DNA from: Chiloscyllium plagiosum
Taxonomy: Eukaryota
Reading direction: 5' to 3'
Length of the DNA: 40,494 nt
Assembly: GCF_004010195.1 (NCBI RefSeq)
Contig: NC_057720.1
Coordinates: 23,163,879-23,204,372, forward strand
Numbering within the stretch: the first letter of the stretch is position 1; the number at the start of each line of letters is the position of its first letter. The notes under the pieces are model-generated. The model was not told where the DNA came from. It was given only the letters and a program-made list of their open reading frames with translations, and did no database searches. The position numbers and the translations under genes were made by a program. Shown here piece by piece: positions 12,568-23,337 of the stretch.

Positions 12568-12700
12568 GATTTGGAGATGCAGGTGTTGGATTGGGGTGTA
12601 CAAAGTTAAAAATTACACAACACCAGGTTATAGTCCAACAGGTTTAATTGAAAGCACGAGCTTTCAGAGCACTGCTCCTTCATCAGGTGGTTGTGGAGTA
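12568..12700 (-). mobile_element. PLE terminal repeat fragment (same family as 1-117)
   Basis: Reverse-complement match to 1-117; carries the hammerhead core. Confidence 0.85.
12655..12689 (-). ncRNA. Minimal type I hammerhead ribozyme motif
   Basis: CAC-CUGAUGA-A-GGAGC-AGU-GCUCU-GAAA-GCUC-GUG: stem I CAC/GUG, intact core boxes, stem II with a G-U closing pair, palindromic AGCU in place of stem III, CUC triplet. Confidence 0.7.
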
Positions 12701-12811
12701 TGGAGTAGTAGAGGAGAGGTAAACAAATAAATATAGCATCCAGTGAGGAGGCCTTTTGACAGAGAATGTGATGTTTCTCCTTTGGAGCATGAAGCTCAGG
12801 GCCAGGTTAAG

Positions 12812-13146
12812 GGAGTCAGCGACATAGTGATAATATAATTTGACTAGCAATCCAGTGTCCCAATCTAATATTCTAAAGATATAAATTTGAATTAGAATTT
12901 GTAATCAATACAAAAATAGAATTTAAAAAAGCTAGCTTAGTGGGGACCATGTAACAATGTTGTAAGTACCCATCTGGGTTACTAATGTTCTTTAAGAAAA
13001 GGAAATCTACCATCCTTACCTGCTTACAACAGTACGGTTGACTCAATAACTGTTCTCTCAAATGACCCTGGCAAGCTATTCAATTGAAGGAATGGACAAT
13101 AAATGATTGCCCAGCCATCAATGACAACATCCAATGAATGAATAAA
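12812..13146 (+). mobile_element. Degenerate SINE whose 3' tail matches the old CR1/L2-group LINE
   Basis: 3' end CAATAAATG...CCAGC...ACATCC.ATGAATGAATAAA resembles the reverse complement of 25082-25150; eroded tRNA-like head. Confidence 0.6.
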
Positions 13147-13184
13147 GTAAAAGTCCAACTCCAGGATTTGATAATCAAGTTAGG

Positions 13185-13498
13185 TTAGATTAGATTAGAT
13201 TACAGTGTGGAAACAGGCCCTTCGGCCCAACAAGTCCACGCCGACCCGCCGAAGCGAAACCCACCCATACCCCTACATTTACCCCTTACCTAACACTACA
13301 GGCAATTTAGTATGGCCAATTCACCTGACCCTGCACATCTTTTTTGGATGGTGGGAGGAAACCGGAGCACCCGGAGGAAACCCACGCAGACACGGGGAGA
13401 ACGTGCAAACTCCACACAGTCAGTCGCCTGAGGCGGGAATTGAACCCGGGTCTCTGGCGCTGTGAGGCAGCAGTGCTAACCACTGTGCCACCGTGCCG
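13185..13498 (-). mobile_element. Full-length HE1-type tRNA-derived SINE
   Basis: Minus strand has A box TGGCACAGTGG, B box GGTTCAATTCC, V-SINE-like core, LINE-like 3' end GGGCCTGTTTCCACACTGT and (TAATC)n tail. Confidence 0.92.
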
Positions 13499-13647
13499 TG
13501 TATTCATAATGCTACCAAAAGGTTCAATGGCAAGCAGTAAGACTGAGGCAGATCTCTAATTAGCCATGTGATGGAAGAAACCCATCATTATCCATAACAC
13601 TGATCCTAAACATGATGGAGAAGTGCAAAACAAGAAAACAAGCAAAG

Positions 13648-13778
13648 AGGTATATGAATAGGAAGGGTTTAGAGCGATATGCCCAATTGCTAGCAAATGG
13701 AACTAGATTAGAATATCTGGTCAGCATAGAGGAATTGGACTGAAGGTTCTGTTTCTGTACTGAACATCTCTATGACTT
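13648..13778 (+). mobile_element. HER1/CR1 3' UTR fragment
   Basis: Matches 540-681 and 26697-26835. Confidence 0.85.
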
Positions 13779-13780
13779 AG

Positions 13781-14010
13781 GATGCTGGAAATCAGAAACA
13801 AAAACAGAAATTATTGAAAAATCCAACAGGTCTGGCAGCATCTTTGCAGAGAAAGCAGAGATAACATTTCAGGTCCAGTGACCCTTTTTCAGAACTGATC
13901 ATAGCTGGTGAAAGATTGGTATATATGCTACTTATGGAGTGGGAGAGGGATAAGTAAAACATGGAGATGGACCTCATAGAAAGAGAGAAGAACAGTTCAA
14001 CAAAGTCAGA
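13781..14010 (-). mobile_element. PLE terminal fragment (third family) with degenerate hammerhead
   Basis: Minus strand CTGAAAA-A-GGGTC-ACTG-GACCT-GAAATGTT at about 13863-13892; related copy at 39436-39540. Confidence 0.65.
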
Positions 14011-14090
14011 AGTTGCATATACCAGGTATACTCCAACAGCTTTATTTAAAATGACAAGCTTTCAGACCACTGCTCCTTTATCAGGTGAAG
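14010..14090 (-). mobile_element. PLE terminal fragment with degenerate hammerhead
   Basis: Similar to 12620-12690; minus strand CACCTGATAAAGGAGCAGTGGTCTGAAAGCTTG. Confidence 0.65.
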
Positions 14091-17000
14091 GGGGGTGGGT
14101 GTGCATTGTAGTTGACATAGTTGGATGCTGCAGATCAGATTGATACCAACAATCCCGATTCCAGGCTGGGTGGACTTTGGAAGTACGTCCTTGCCCTACC
14201 TATTGTGCTGTGTCAGTTCTGCCTTTGGGAAAAGAACTCAAGAAGAGAAAGCATCCAAAACAAACAACAATAATTTTGGCTGTAATTTCTTTAACTGATG
14301 GCTAGGGTAAACTTCTGAACATACGCTGCAAATTTATCAAGTAACTGATGATATTGATCCACGAAAATATCTTGTGTGGACAAGTGAAATTTGTGGCATT
14401 GCGGCATCAGAAAACTCAGAATCATTTACAATCACAGCTATCTGAAGGCAGTCTCCAAAGTTTGAGTGCAAGAGTACACAATAAACTATCTAGTATTTAC
14501 TAACTATATTAGTAGGCTCATTGTTTGGACAGCAATGATTTTCACTCTGCATTTTCAACTTCCAATAATTAAAAGAGTATACGACAAGAAGGTTAGACAA
14601 TCCCTCACCTCCTTGTATAAGTAGGCCCACTTATAACTTCCAGCAGAGAAAGACCACTTAATCATTTTGGGATAATGGTCACTTCACTGTAGGACAATAT
14701 GCCTCATCCTTCTTAACATATTAGCATCCATTAATGCACCAAGTCTCTTCTGAGCTAGGAAAATAGGAATTCCTAGCCTGGGGAGCTCCATCCATCAGTT
14801 CACTATCTTGGAACTATTAGATTTGCAAGATAATTCCTTATTGACCAACAGCACTTCTACAGTAGTCCTGGCCTCACTGAGTTTGCATCTTTCTCAGTAG
14901 GTTATGCTAATGGGAATCTAGTTAGCAAATACTGACAGCAATGTTATGGTTCCTAATTGGGCTTCGGATTATGTAAATCAGTTGCCTGTGTCAGAACTGG
15001 AAAAATTTAAAGATGTAACCTGCTCTAAGCAATTATAGAGACAGAGAAACTGGGTGGATGGAAAGAGGAGTGAGGATAGGAGAAATAGAAGGTCTGGTAG
15101 AGTGAAAGCCAGGAATGATAAATGACAAAAGGGATTGTACATTAAAGATATTGATTAACACTTAGATCTGTGAAGTTGTGTTTTGGAACACCAAGCTCTA
15201 GCATCAGAGTAACAGAAGCATGTTTAATCTCTTAAATCCAGGAACTTTACCTAAATTAAAAAGGAAAAAAAAATGTTAAGAGCTAGCCAAGGCTGCCATT
15301 GCATACTGGTTATTGACAGATACAGAGCTATTTTCTTGTAATCAGAGTCGAGGTCTCCTGCTTGCACCCTCACTTGTGAATAGTATCCATTCTGGAAAGA
15401 GATTGAATGTAGAAGCAGTTGACAATCTATTTTTTTTTAAAATGCAACATTCTTTCATGCTCTGTCACATTTAGTTCTATTGAAGCTAACACACAGTGAG
15501 AAAGTTCACATGAATAACCTTGATTATGTTTGTCCAACATACAGCCTATATTCCAATTTCATATTTATGTATTGTAAATAAATAACTTACATCAAAATTA
15601 TAGTTTAAGAAGGATATTGCCATAGTGATTGCAAACCTCTGAAATTTCAGTTGTCTTGAGCAACTTAAAAATTTAAGTTCAATGAAACTGAGTCACATTT
15701 TACTATCTTTCAGGAACACTTGAATTCACTTGCAGTGTCAATTGTAGCAAGTCTGGTTGAATAATTATTGTCTATAAAGCCTGTGAAAACATGCCATAAA
15801 GCATATTTTAATTAAATGTTCATATCTGATATTAAATTATAACTAAAAAAAGTGAATTTCTTTTGATTTCTGTTTCTGAAACATGTATTTTATCATTATT
15901 TCACATAGTTTGGCTACCTGATTTTGTAAAATAGAAATTGATAAAATATAATTAGGAGTTCAGATACATTATTTAAAGATTCAAAACATATCTGAATTAT
16001 GTTCTGAGGAAATTTTCTATACTTATCAATGTTATGACTGAGCAACAAACTGAATGTAATTATGCGTATAAAACCATAAAATATTATTATTTTTGTTCTT
16101 TCAATACACTGTGGAAAATACTTATTTTTATTCTTTTGTGATCTTCAAGGGAAGCCATTAAATTGGCTAAAGACTTTTGCCATTCTCCAGTTTGAACCAC
16201 ATTTTGTTTCACTAATACACTTGTAAAAATAATATTTGCGAAATATGTTCATTTTATTTCATTACTGTCATTCTGCAGATATATTGCTCACTTTTTGGAG
16301 AACTTTTCCATTAGAAAGCATTCTCCACTTTCAATAAATGTGGAGTCATTCATCTCTTTTCTGGGCCATCCTACATTGATGCTTTATTCTCGCTGAATTT
16401 TGCTAAACAAATATTTTATATTATTACTTCAATAAATTCGAATAAGGTATTATTTACTTATGTGAGTATATTTCCAAAAAATAAACGCAAGGGAAATGTA
16501 CTCGAAAAATTAATTGTTTTTTCATTGGCCCAGTTTGAAGAGTCATAGTTTATAGCATGTATTGAAAGTGGCTGTTGGGAAAGGCCAGCCTATACAACAG
16601 CAACATCTAGTGGTTAGAGGATATAACAGAACATAAGAATGACATATCTATCTTCTAACATTTTGGCGAATGTTGAATGCATTGCAATAATAAATCCAAA
16701 TAACATTCTTAATGGAAGCGCTGTACTGTAAATATTCCACTAAATCTTCAGCTTTTCAAGTTTGCCATTTTCACAAATGTAAAGTTAAATAAATGAAAGG
16801 TAAATTAAGATGTTATGGAAATAAAGCTATAATTGACCCAATAATACTAAAGTGGTATATATGTTAGGCATCATTTATTTATTCACAAGTATAATCACCT
16901 TTGGCAATGGTCATATTTGAATGCCCTAATTACACCTTGCCCTGCATTGAGAAAAAGGTTTTATCTTTCAAGTACAGAAAAAGGGCAGTTTTTATGAATA

Positions 17001-19259
17001 ATGTCTATTTATGTCTCCTTATTGACTGTACATATTAAAATATGCACCATGACATTTTCAGACTCAATTGGGAAAACGGGTGATGGTTTTTGTATTCTCT
17101 GTATCATTTGCGATTCTTCATGTTAGGCTAAATTACCTTTCCATAACGTAGCTATGTCAGAGACTGATATATTGTGTTTGAATTGAATTAACAGTCCCTC
17201 TATATATTTTTATGTATGTATAATATCATCTAAATTCTTACATTGCACAAAATCCTATTTTTAAGGATTGATTACATTATATCTGTGAGTGTAATGTAAT
17301 AATGGTGACACAGTAATCCACGAACATTGAAAATGAACAATCTGTTGAATAGATCTCTTCAAAATGTTAATTTCCAAGTCAATGAAGTGATTGATGCTTA
17401 GTAAGCTTTGGTGCATCAGATACTTCTGCTTTTACAAGGTGTAATCTTAAGTAGTATGAAATCCCTTTGTGTTTTCTTCTAGCAGATCTCAGTAGACCTT
17501 CTCCCAGATCCTGAGATTTCTATTGGAAGGCTCTGAAAGCCTGGATTTGCATGTCACAACCCTGACCTTGTTTTTTTACTATTTTCACAGGGGGAGGGGG
17601 AATGGAGGCAAGATGCCAATGGCATGACTATGATTCACAGAGGCAGTTGCTGGTAGAAATCATTTGATGTATGCAGTTGTGTTTGATTTTCCTCAGTCTG
17701 GAATGGGAAGCGTGTGCAGATAGACATGGTTGGAGCAGGTCTAAACTTTACAGATTTGCTTGGATGCAGATGTACCCTTTGGAGAGGTAAATGCCCTTTT
17801 GTATGTGCTCTTGGGACACCTGTAGGAGGTTCAGCTGCTTATTGGAAAAGATAAGCTGCTATTAGGGATTGATAGGAGTAGACATAAATTTGTGTATGAA
17901 GTGTATAAACTCAATGGGACAAGTAAACTCATTGGAACTGTCGAAAATAGATATCATCATCAGCATGTTCAAAAGCAGCAGTCAATAGAGCTGTTGAAAG
18001 GAACTGTAAAATGATATGTAAAGCTGCCAAGGCATTTAAAACTGTTGCTCTTTCCATGCTCACTACTTCACTCTGTCTGCTGTCACAAGTGTTCAGGCTA
18101 TCATTAATGGATTAGAGTTGCATGACTGATTTCACATCCTCCCATTATCAGAGTGAGGTGTCTCTCAGCTTTGACTGATCAACAGCTTCAAGTCGATGTA
18201 GATGCTTTGAAGTGAGACTATGAATTTCAATACTTATGATGTTATTATTATTGGACAAGTCAGAGACCAAGTGATAGATCATATTTTATTTTGTTTTTGT
18301 CTTAGTAACTCTGAAAAAAATATCACACTGAAATATAAGCATGCAATACTGCAGATTTTAATGCACTAAATAATAAACAACTTAATTACAAAATAAATTA
18401 AGGTAAAATAGAATAAACAAATCTATCTATTGGTAACATAAATTCAAAAACTGTTAACATATAATAAAAGCATAATTTGATTAATCCCAAAACACTACTT
18501 CATAAATTGAAAAGAAAAATATCAAAATTTGTATAGTAGCTCAAACACACTACTGGCACATTACCCAAAAACAGCACTTGTACAGTTCTCACACAGGGTC
18601 CCTGTTTTTAACACCTTGATGGGTTTAATTCACTTGTGATTTTAATTTATTGATTGGAACTGCAGATACCTTCCTCCTGGAGTCATTATACACTTGATTT
18701 TAAATGTACTTAGCATTAAGTAAACTCTCCAAGGTTTTATCCTAACACTTCTGGTCTGCATTTATCACTAACTCTTTACTTCAAGCAATCAGGAATACTG
18801 GTCTACATAGGTATGTTCATCTAAGGACATTAGAAGACTGCCAAAAACTCAGACTAATATTAAAAAATTAAATTTTTCTAAACTATGGGTGATTTCCTTA
18901 AATATGACCTAAATTGAAGCTTGTTTATCTTGTTTGGTGAACCAATGTACAAAAATCCATCAAATCTAAAGCTCTTCCTCAAAACTTGTTTTAAACGAAA
19001 TCTCTTTGGTTAAAGAAATAATTTCATGTTCATTAGCTTCAGACATACTGAAAAGCTAAATGTTACTAATTGAGAAACCAAAAAATTCAACCTTACAATA
19101 TGTTATGTCAAATATATAATATTACTAAATAGCTTACATCACATTGTTTTATGTGAAATTAAGTGAAGATTAATAAAGTGAATGCACTTTTATCAGAGAC
19201 TTCTTTTAACAACAATAATCTTTTCAATAGACGCTTAAGAACTTTATTTTATCTTATCT

Positions 19260-19780
19260 CCAGATTGATCCTGAACACTATCCTGAGTTCATGAGGTAGA
19301 TGTAAAGATCAAGAATGCTGGTGGGATTGGGTTGGCATGAATTGGCACTAAGTTGGCATTGGAGTTTTAACAGACCATGGGATGTGTGCAGGTATAAGTG
19401 ATGTTGAGAGAAATAGAGGCATTTGGGTACAATAGATAGGCATAGATTGCAAGATATGAAGGTGCATGAGGGTGGATGGATGGCATAATGTGGGATGAGT
19501 TGGCACTGATGAGACATGGAACATATTTGAGGAGGAGGGGCCACAAGGAATGTGAGGTTGAGGGTTTGAACTTCATTCATATCTTTGACAAAGTATACTA
19601 AGACAGGCCTTCCACTAAGTCTGCCTCCTCACCCAGCAGGGTCTGACCTCTTTCCAGAACCAACCATCTCAAGTCCAATTTTCAACCTACTCAGAACCAA
19701 AATCTGAATCTCCTTTCACTCGGATCGGGTTTGTAGAGTCCAGAGGTAGCTGCTTCCAACATGGGAGCAAAAATGCAAAC
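19260..19780. repeat. Unclassified old repeat with G-rich degenerate internal units
   Basis: Abrupt composition shift; recurring GTTGGCA(T/C) and GGCAT units at 19331-19510. Confidence 0.35.
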
Positions 19781-19854
19781 CTTCAAAAATAGGACATTTA
19801 TTGGAATTGAGTGCAGTATTTGACATGGCTCACAGCATTTTCAATTTGTTCAGT

Positions 19855-20110
19855 ACAAAAAGAACTTGAATTTAAGTAATACATCTAACGTAAAAAATGG
19901 CCTAAGGCACTTCACTGAAAAATAGACATTGAGCAAAGGAAACATAAAGATAAGTGAACAGTGAGATGGGGCATAGAGATGATTTGAAAGATTTTTTTTA
20001 AGTCTTGAAGGTGAATGAGGAGGTAGATACATTAAAGAAGGATTTCTGAACAGCAGGCTGCAAATAGATAAAAGTCCAAGTAATAACAATGGTGGAATGA
20101 AGTGTGGGGT
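19855..20110 (-). mobile_element. Probable L2-type LINE 3' end
   Basis: AACTTGAATTTAAGT...AACGTAAAA...CCTAAGGCACTTCAC resembles the reverse of an L2 tail; recognised from memory only. Confidence 0.45.
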
Positions 20111-20159
20111 AACAATTGAGCAGCTCTTCCACACAGCCTTGCTACAACTTAAATGGCAA

Positions 20160-21162
20160 AGGTATAGGAGGAATGTGATTGCACCAGAGGGAGTGCAGAG
20201 AAGATTTACCAGGATATTCGATACTGGAGAGTTTCAATTAGGGAGAGCATAGGAATGGGAGTAGGCCATTCAGCCTCTCAAGCCTGTTCTACCATCCAAT
20301 GGGATCATGGACTGATCTGTGGTCTAATTCTATGTACCTGCCTTTGGTTGATCTCCCTTAATACCTTTGCTTAACAAATATTTATCCACCTCAGATTTAA
20401 AATAAACAACTGATCTAGCATCAACTGCCATTTGTTGAAGAGAGTTCCAAACCTCTATTACCCTTTGTGTGTAGAAATAGTTGCTAACATCTCTCCTGAA
20501 TGACCTTAATTTTTAAATCATGTCCCCTATATCCAGAATCTACAACCAATGAAGATAGTTTCCTTATCTATCCTGACTTCCTGCCAATATCTTGAAGACT
20601 TGGATCAGATCACACTTTAATCTTATGGAGAAAATGGGCCTAATTTGTATAATTTCTCCTCATAACAACCTCAAAAGTTATCATTCTTGTAAAGCTACAT
20701 GGTACTCACTCCAATGTCAATATATCCTCCCGACAGTGTGATTCCCAGATTCACTCGTAATATTCCAAGTTGAAGATTGGATAGATTGGGGTTGAGGAGA
20801 CTGATTGAAATGTTTAAAAATTATGGGGAGTATAGATAAACAGGAAGAGCCTTTTTCTCTTGATGGAGGAATCAGTAATTAGGGACACAAATTTAAGGTT
20901 AGCAGGCGGTTTAGAGGGGATGTGATGAAAAATCGTTTTACCCAGAAGGTGTTGGGAAACTGGAACTCACTGCCTCAAAGAGTGATAGAGGCAAAAACCC
21001 TCATAATATTTATGAAGTATGTGGATGTGCAATTGTGATGTCAAGGCTTGTAATGATAAGCACTAGAAAATAGGATAATAATAGTTTGGTGCTTGTTTTT
21101 GACTGGCACAGACTTGATGGGCTGAAGGGCATTTTTCTGTGCTGTAGATTTTTATGATTCTA
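20160..21162 (+). mobile_element. CR1 LINE 3' fragment interrupted by an antisense CR1 copy
   Basis: EGVQRRFTR (20188-20215) resumes after 20772 (RLDRLG..., WNSLP) and ends GGGCTGAAGGGC...TCTGTGCTGTA...TATGATTCTA. Confidence 0.75.
20248..20772 (-). mobile_element. Nested antisense CR1 3' fragment
   Basis: Starts CATAGGAATGGGAGTAGGCCATTCAGCC, same tail type as 39622-39885. Confidence 0.75.
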
Positions 21163-21983
21163 GAGGTCAGGACAGGCAATCCCACAGGACAGTCAGGGAA
21201 GAAAACTTCTTAAGGGGTTATAAGGAACAATCAGTGATGCTGTGGTTAATGAATCCACTCTCATTGTAGTTTGTAGTCACTCAATAAGAAGCACAGGCAA
21301 GGTTTCTTGGTGATACTGGAAGAACTGGGCATAACATGCCCTGCCATTGTTACCTAAAAATTGAGTCAGGTCCTATTACAGGTCTGAGATTAAATATTTA
21401 AATTATGCTACCAAATATCCTGAGCAGGACAGATAGATGCTGAGGCCTGCTTGATAGTTCATCTGAGTAGGTTTTGGGACAGGTTTAGAATTCAGAATTG
21501 CCTCAGTTCTTATCTGGGATTTTCCAACCTTAAGGGCTTGTCAATTTATAATCAACATGACCCATCAAGTGACAAAGAATCATAATTCTCATAAGTCTGT
21601 TTATTGTACAGCAAGCTATCCTTTAGCAAAATTCACTTTCTTTTATGTGCACAGGCCTCAGATTGTGCTCCTGAAGCTGGATAATCTGAAAATTGCCAAA
21701 AGTGTGCAATCTTTTCTGAAGGATATGGAACATAAAATTGAAATATTCATCGTGTGTGCTCAAATAAGGCTCAGAAAATTAATAATGTTTTACCTATAAA
21801 TTAACAAGGGAAGGATTTTAAGCTTGTTTCTGTTGTACTCAGAATGAAGGAATTTGAGAAAGAAATTTATAAGTTTTCAATGACCCCTATATTACTTACT
21901 CATTTGTAAAACAAGTTTAGCATAACTTGTGAAAGTCAAATCAGATTAGAAGGTTTGTGCCACTTGTCTACCTTGAACTTGGT

Positions 21984-22296
21984 GGGCGGCACGGTGGCAC
22001 AGTGGTTAGCACTGCTGCCTCACAGCGCCAGAGACCCGGGTTCAATTCCCGCCTCAGGCGACTGTGTGGAGTTTGCACGTTCTCCCCGTGTCTGCATGGG
22101 TTTCCTCTGGGTGCTCCGGTTTCCTCCCACAGTCACAAAGATGTGCAGGTCAGGTGAATTGGCCATGCTAAATTGCCCGTAGTGTTAGGTAAGGGGTAAA
22201 TGTAGGGGTATGGGAGGGTTGTGCTTCGGCGGGTCGGTGTGGATTTGGTCCAAAAGGGCCTGTTTCCACACCGTAATGTAATCTAATCTAATCTAA
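21984..22296 (+). mobile_element. Full-length HE1-type tRNA-derived SINE
   Basis: A box TGGCACAGTGG 21995-22005, B box GGTTCAATTCC 22039-22049, (TAATC)n tail; highly similar to the reverse complement of 13185-13498. Confidence 0.92.
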
Positions 22297-22561
22297 ACTT
22301 ATTTAAATCTATGGACAGAAAAGTGGATGACAGACAGAGTTAACAAAGAGTACTATGCAAGTAGGTAAGTTTGGGGACAAGATAAATGAAGAGGGCACTG
22401 CTGTGAGGTTCCATTGGGAGAACATAGACTCCTTACCACTGCTTTCTACTGCCAATTATAACATGACAGATTTGAATTATTCTGGTAAATAGGGCATTTC
22501 GTAAGGAAAACCTACTAGGCACCTATGCTTCACATGCTGGTGTTTTCTTCCAGATGGAGGG

Positions 22562-23337
22562 TATTAAGAAGTTGAAGGCGTGTACTGTACCTTTGACAAA
22601 GAGTGAATGCTGTTCTGAGCTGAGAGATTACAAGCATCTGCTTACATGATTAGATGGCAGTCTCAGAGTGTACTGGAAAATTGAAAATATGTAACAATTG
22701 GCTGTGAAATGGAGACTTGAGTTTTGGTTGCTATTTTGACAACAATTTGAATTTAATCAATCAGTCTAAATTATGCCCCAGGACACTAAAATCCAATCGA
22801 GCTTGAAATTATTGTTTTACCTACCTTGAACCAATGAGGTGATCCAAAGTAGGGGATATAAAAATGCAGACATTTTGAAAATTGCAGAGAGAGCAACTGC
22901 CATCGAGAGAGAACCAAGAAATTAGGAAACACTCTATCAAAGGTACCTCTTCATAGGAAACATATTTGCAGTAAAAAGAAAGAACATAACCCAGGGAGAT
23001 CTTCAGCCAGAAGAAGACAGGGCACAGAAGATAACAGCAGCTGTGTAGTTTTGACATTAAGTTGATGTAATTTTAATAAATGTCTTATTGGAACACCATA
23101 TTGTTATGGAGCTGGAGGCAGATAATAAGCAGTTAAGAGAAAGTGGGGAGACTTGAATTGTGAATAATTGTTTTCTAATGTTAACTTTTAGAGTTAAAAA
23201 ATAAATTGATGTTATTTCTTTAAATAGCGGAATTTTGAAGTTCTCTGACACTAATATTTTAACAGATTATGAAACGAGGTAAGGTTTTCTGGGTGTTTGG
23301 TTTAATTAACAGAGGGGTTCGTCGCTGTGTCGTAACA
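22562..23337 (+). mobile_element. Solo LTR (776 bp), Gypsy-like or ERV
   Basis: Ends TATTAAG.../...CGTAACA (imperfect inverted TGTTACG), 4-bp TSD AGGG at 22558-22561 and 23338-23341, TATA-like GATATAAAA (about 22855), AATAAA (23075). Confidence 0.75.

Noticed and set aside
21984..22060. tRNA-like sequence with A and B boxes (also 13425-13498)
   Set aside because: It is the head of an HE1-type SINE, followed by SINE body and tail; not a tRNA gene
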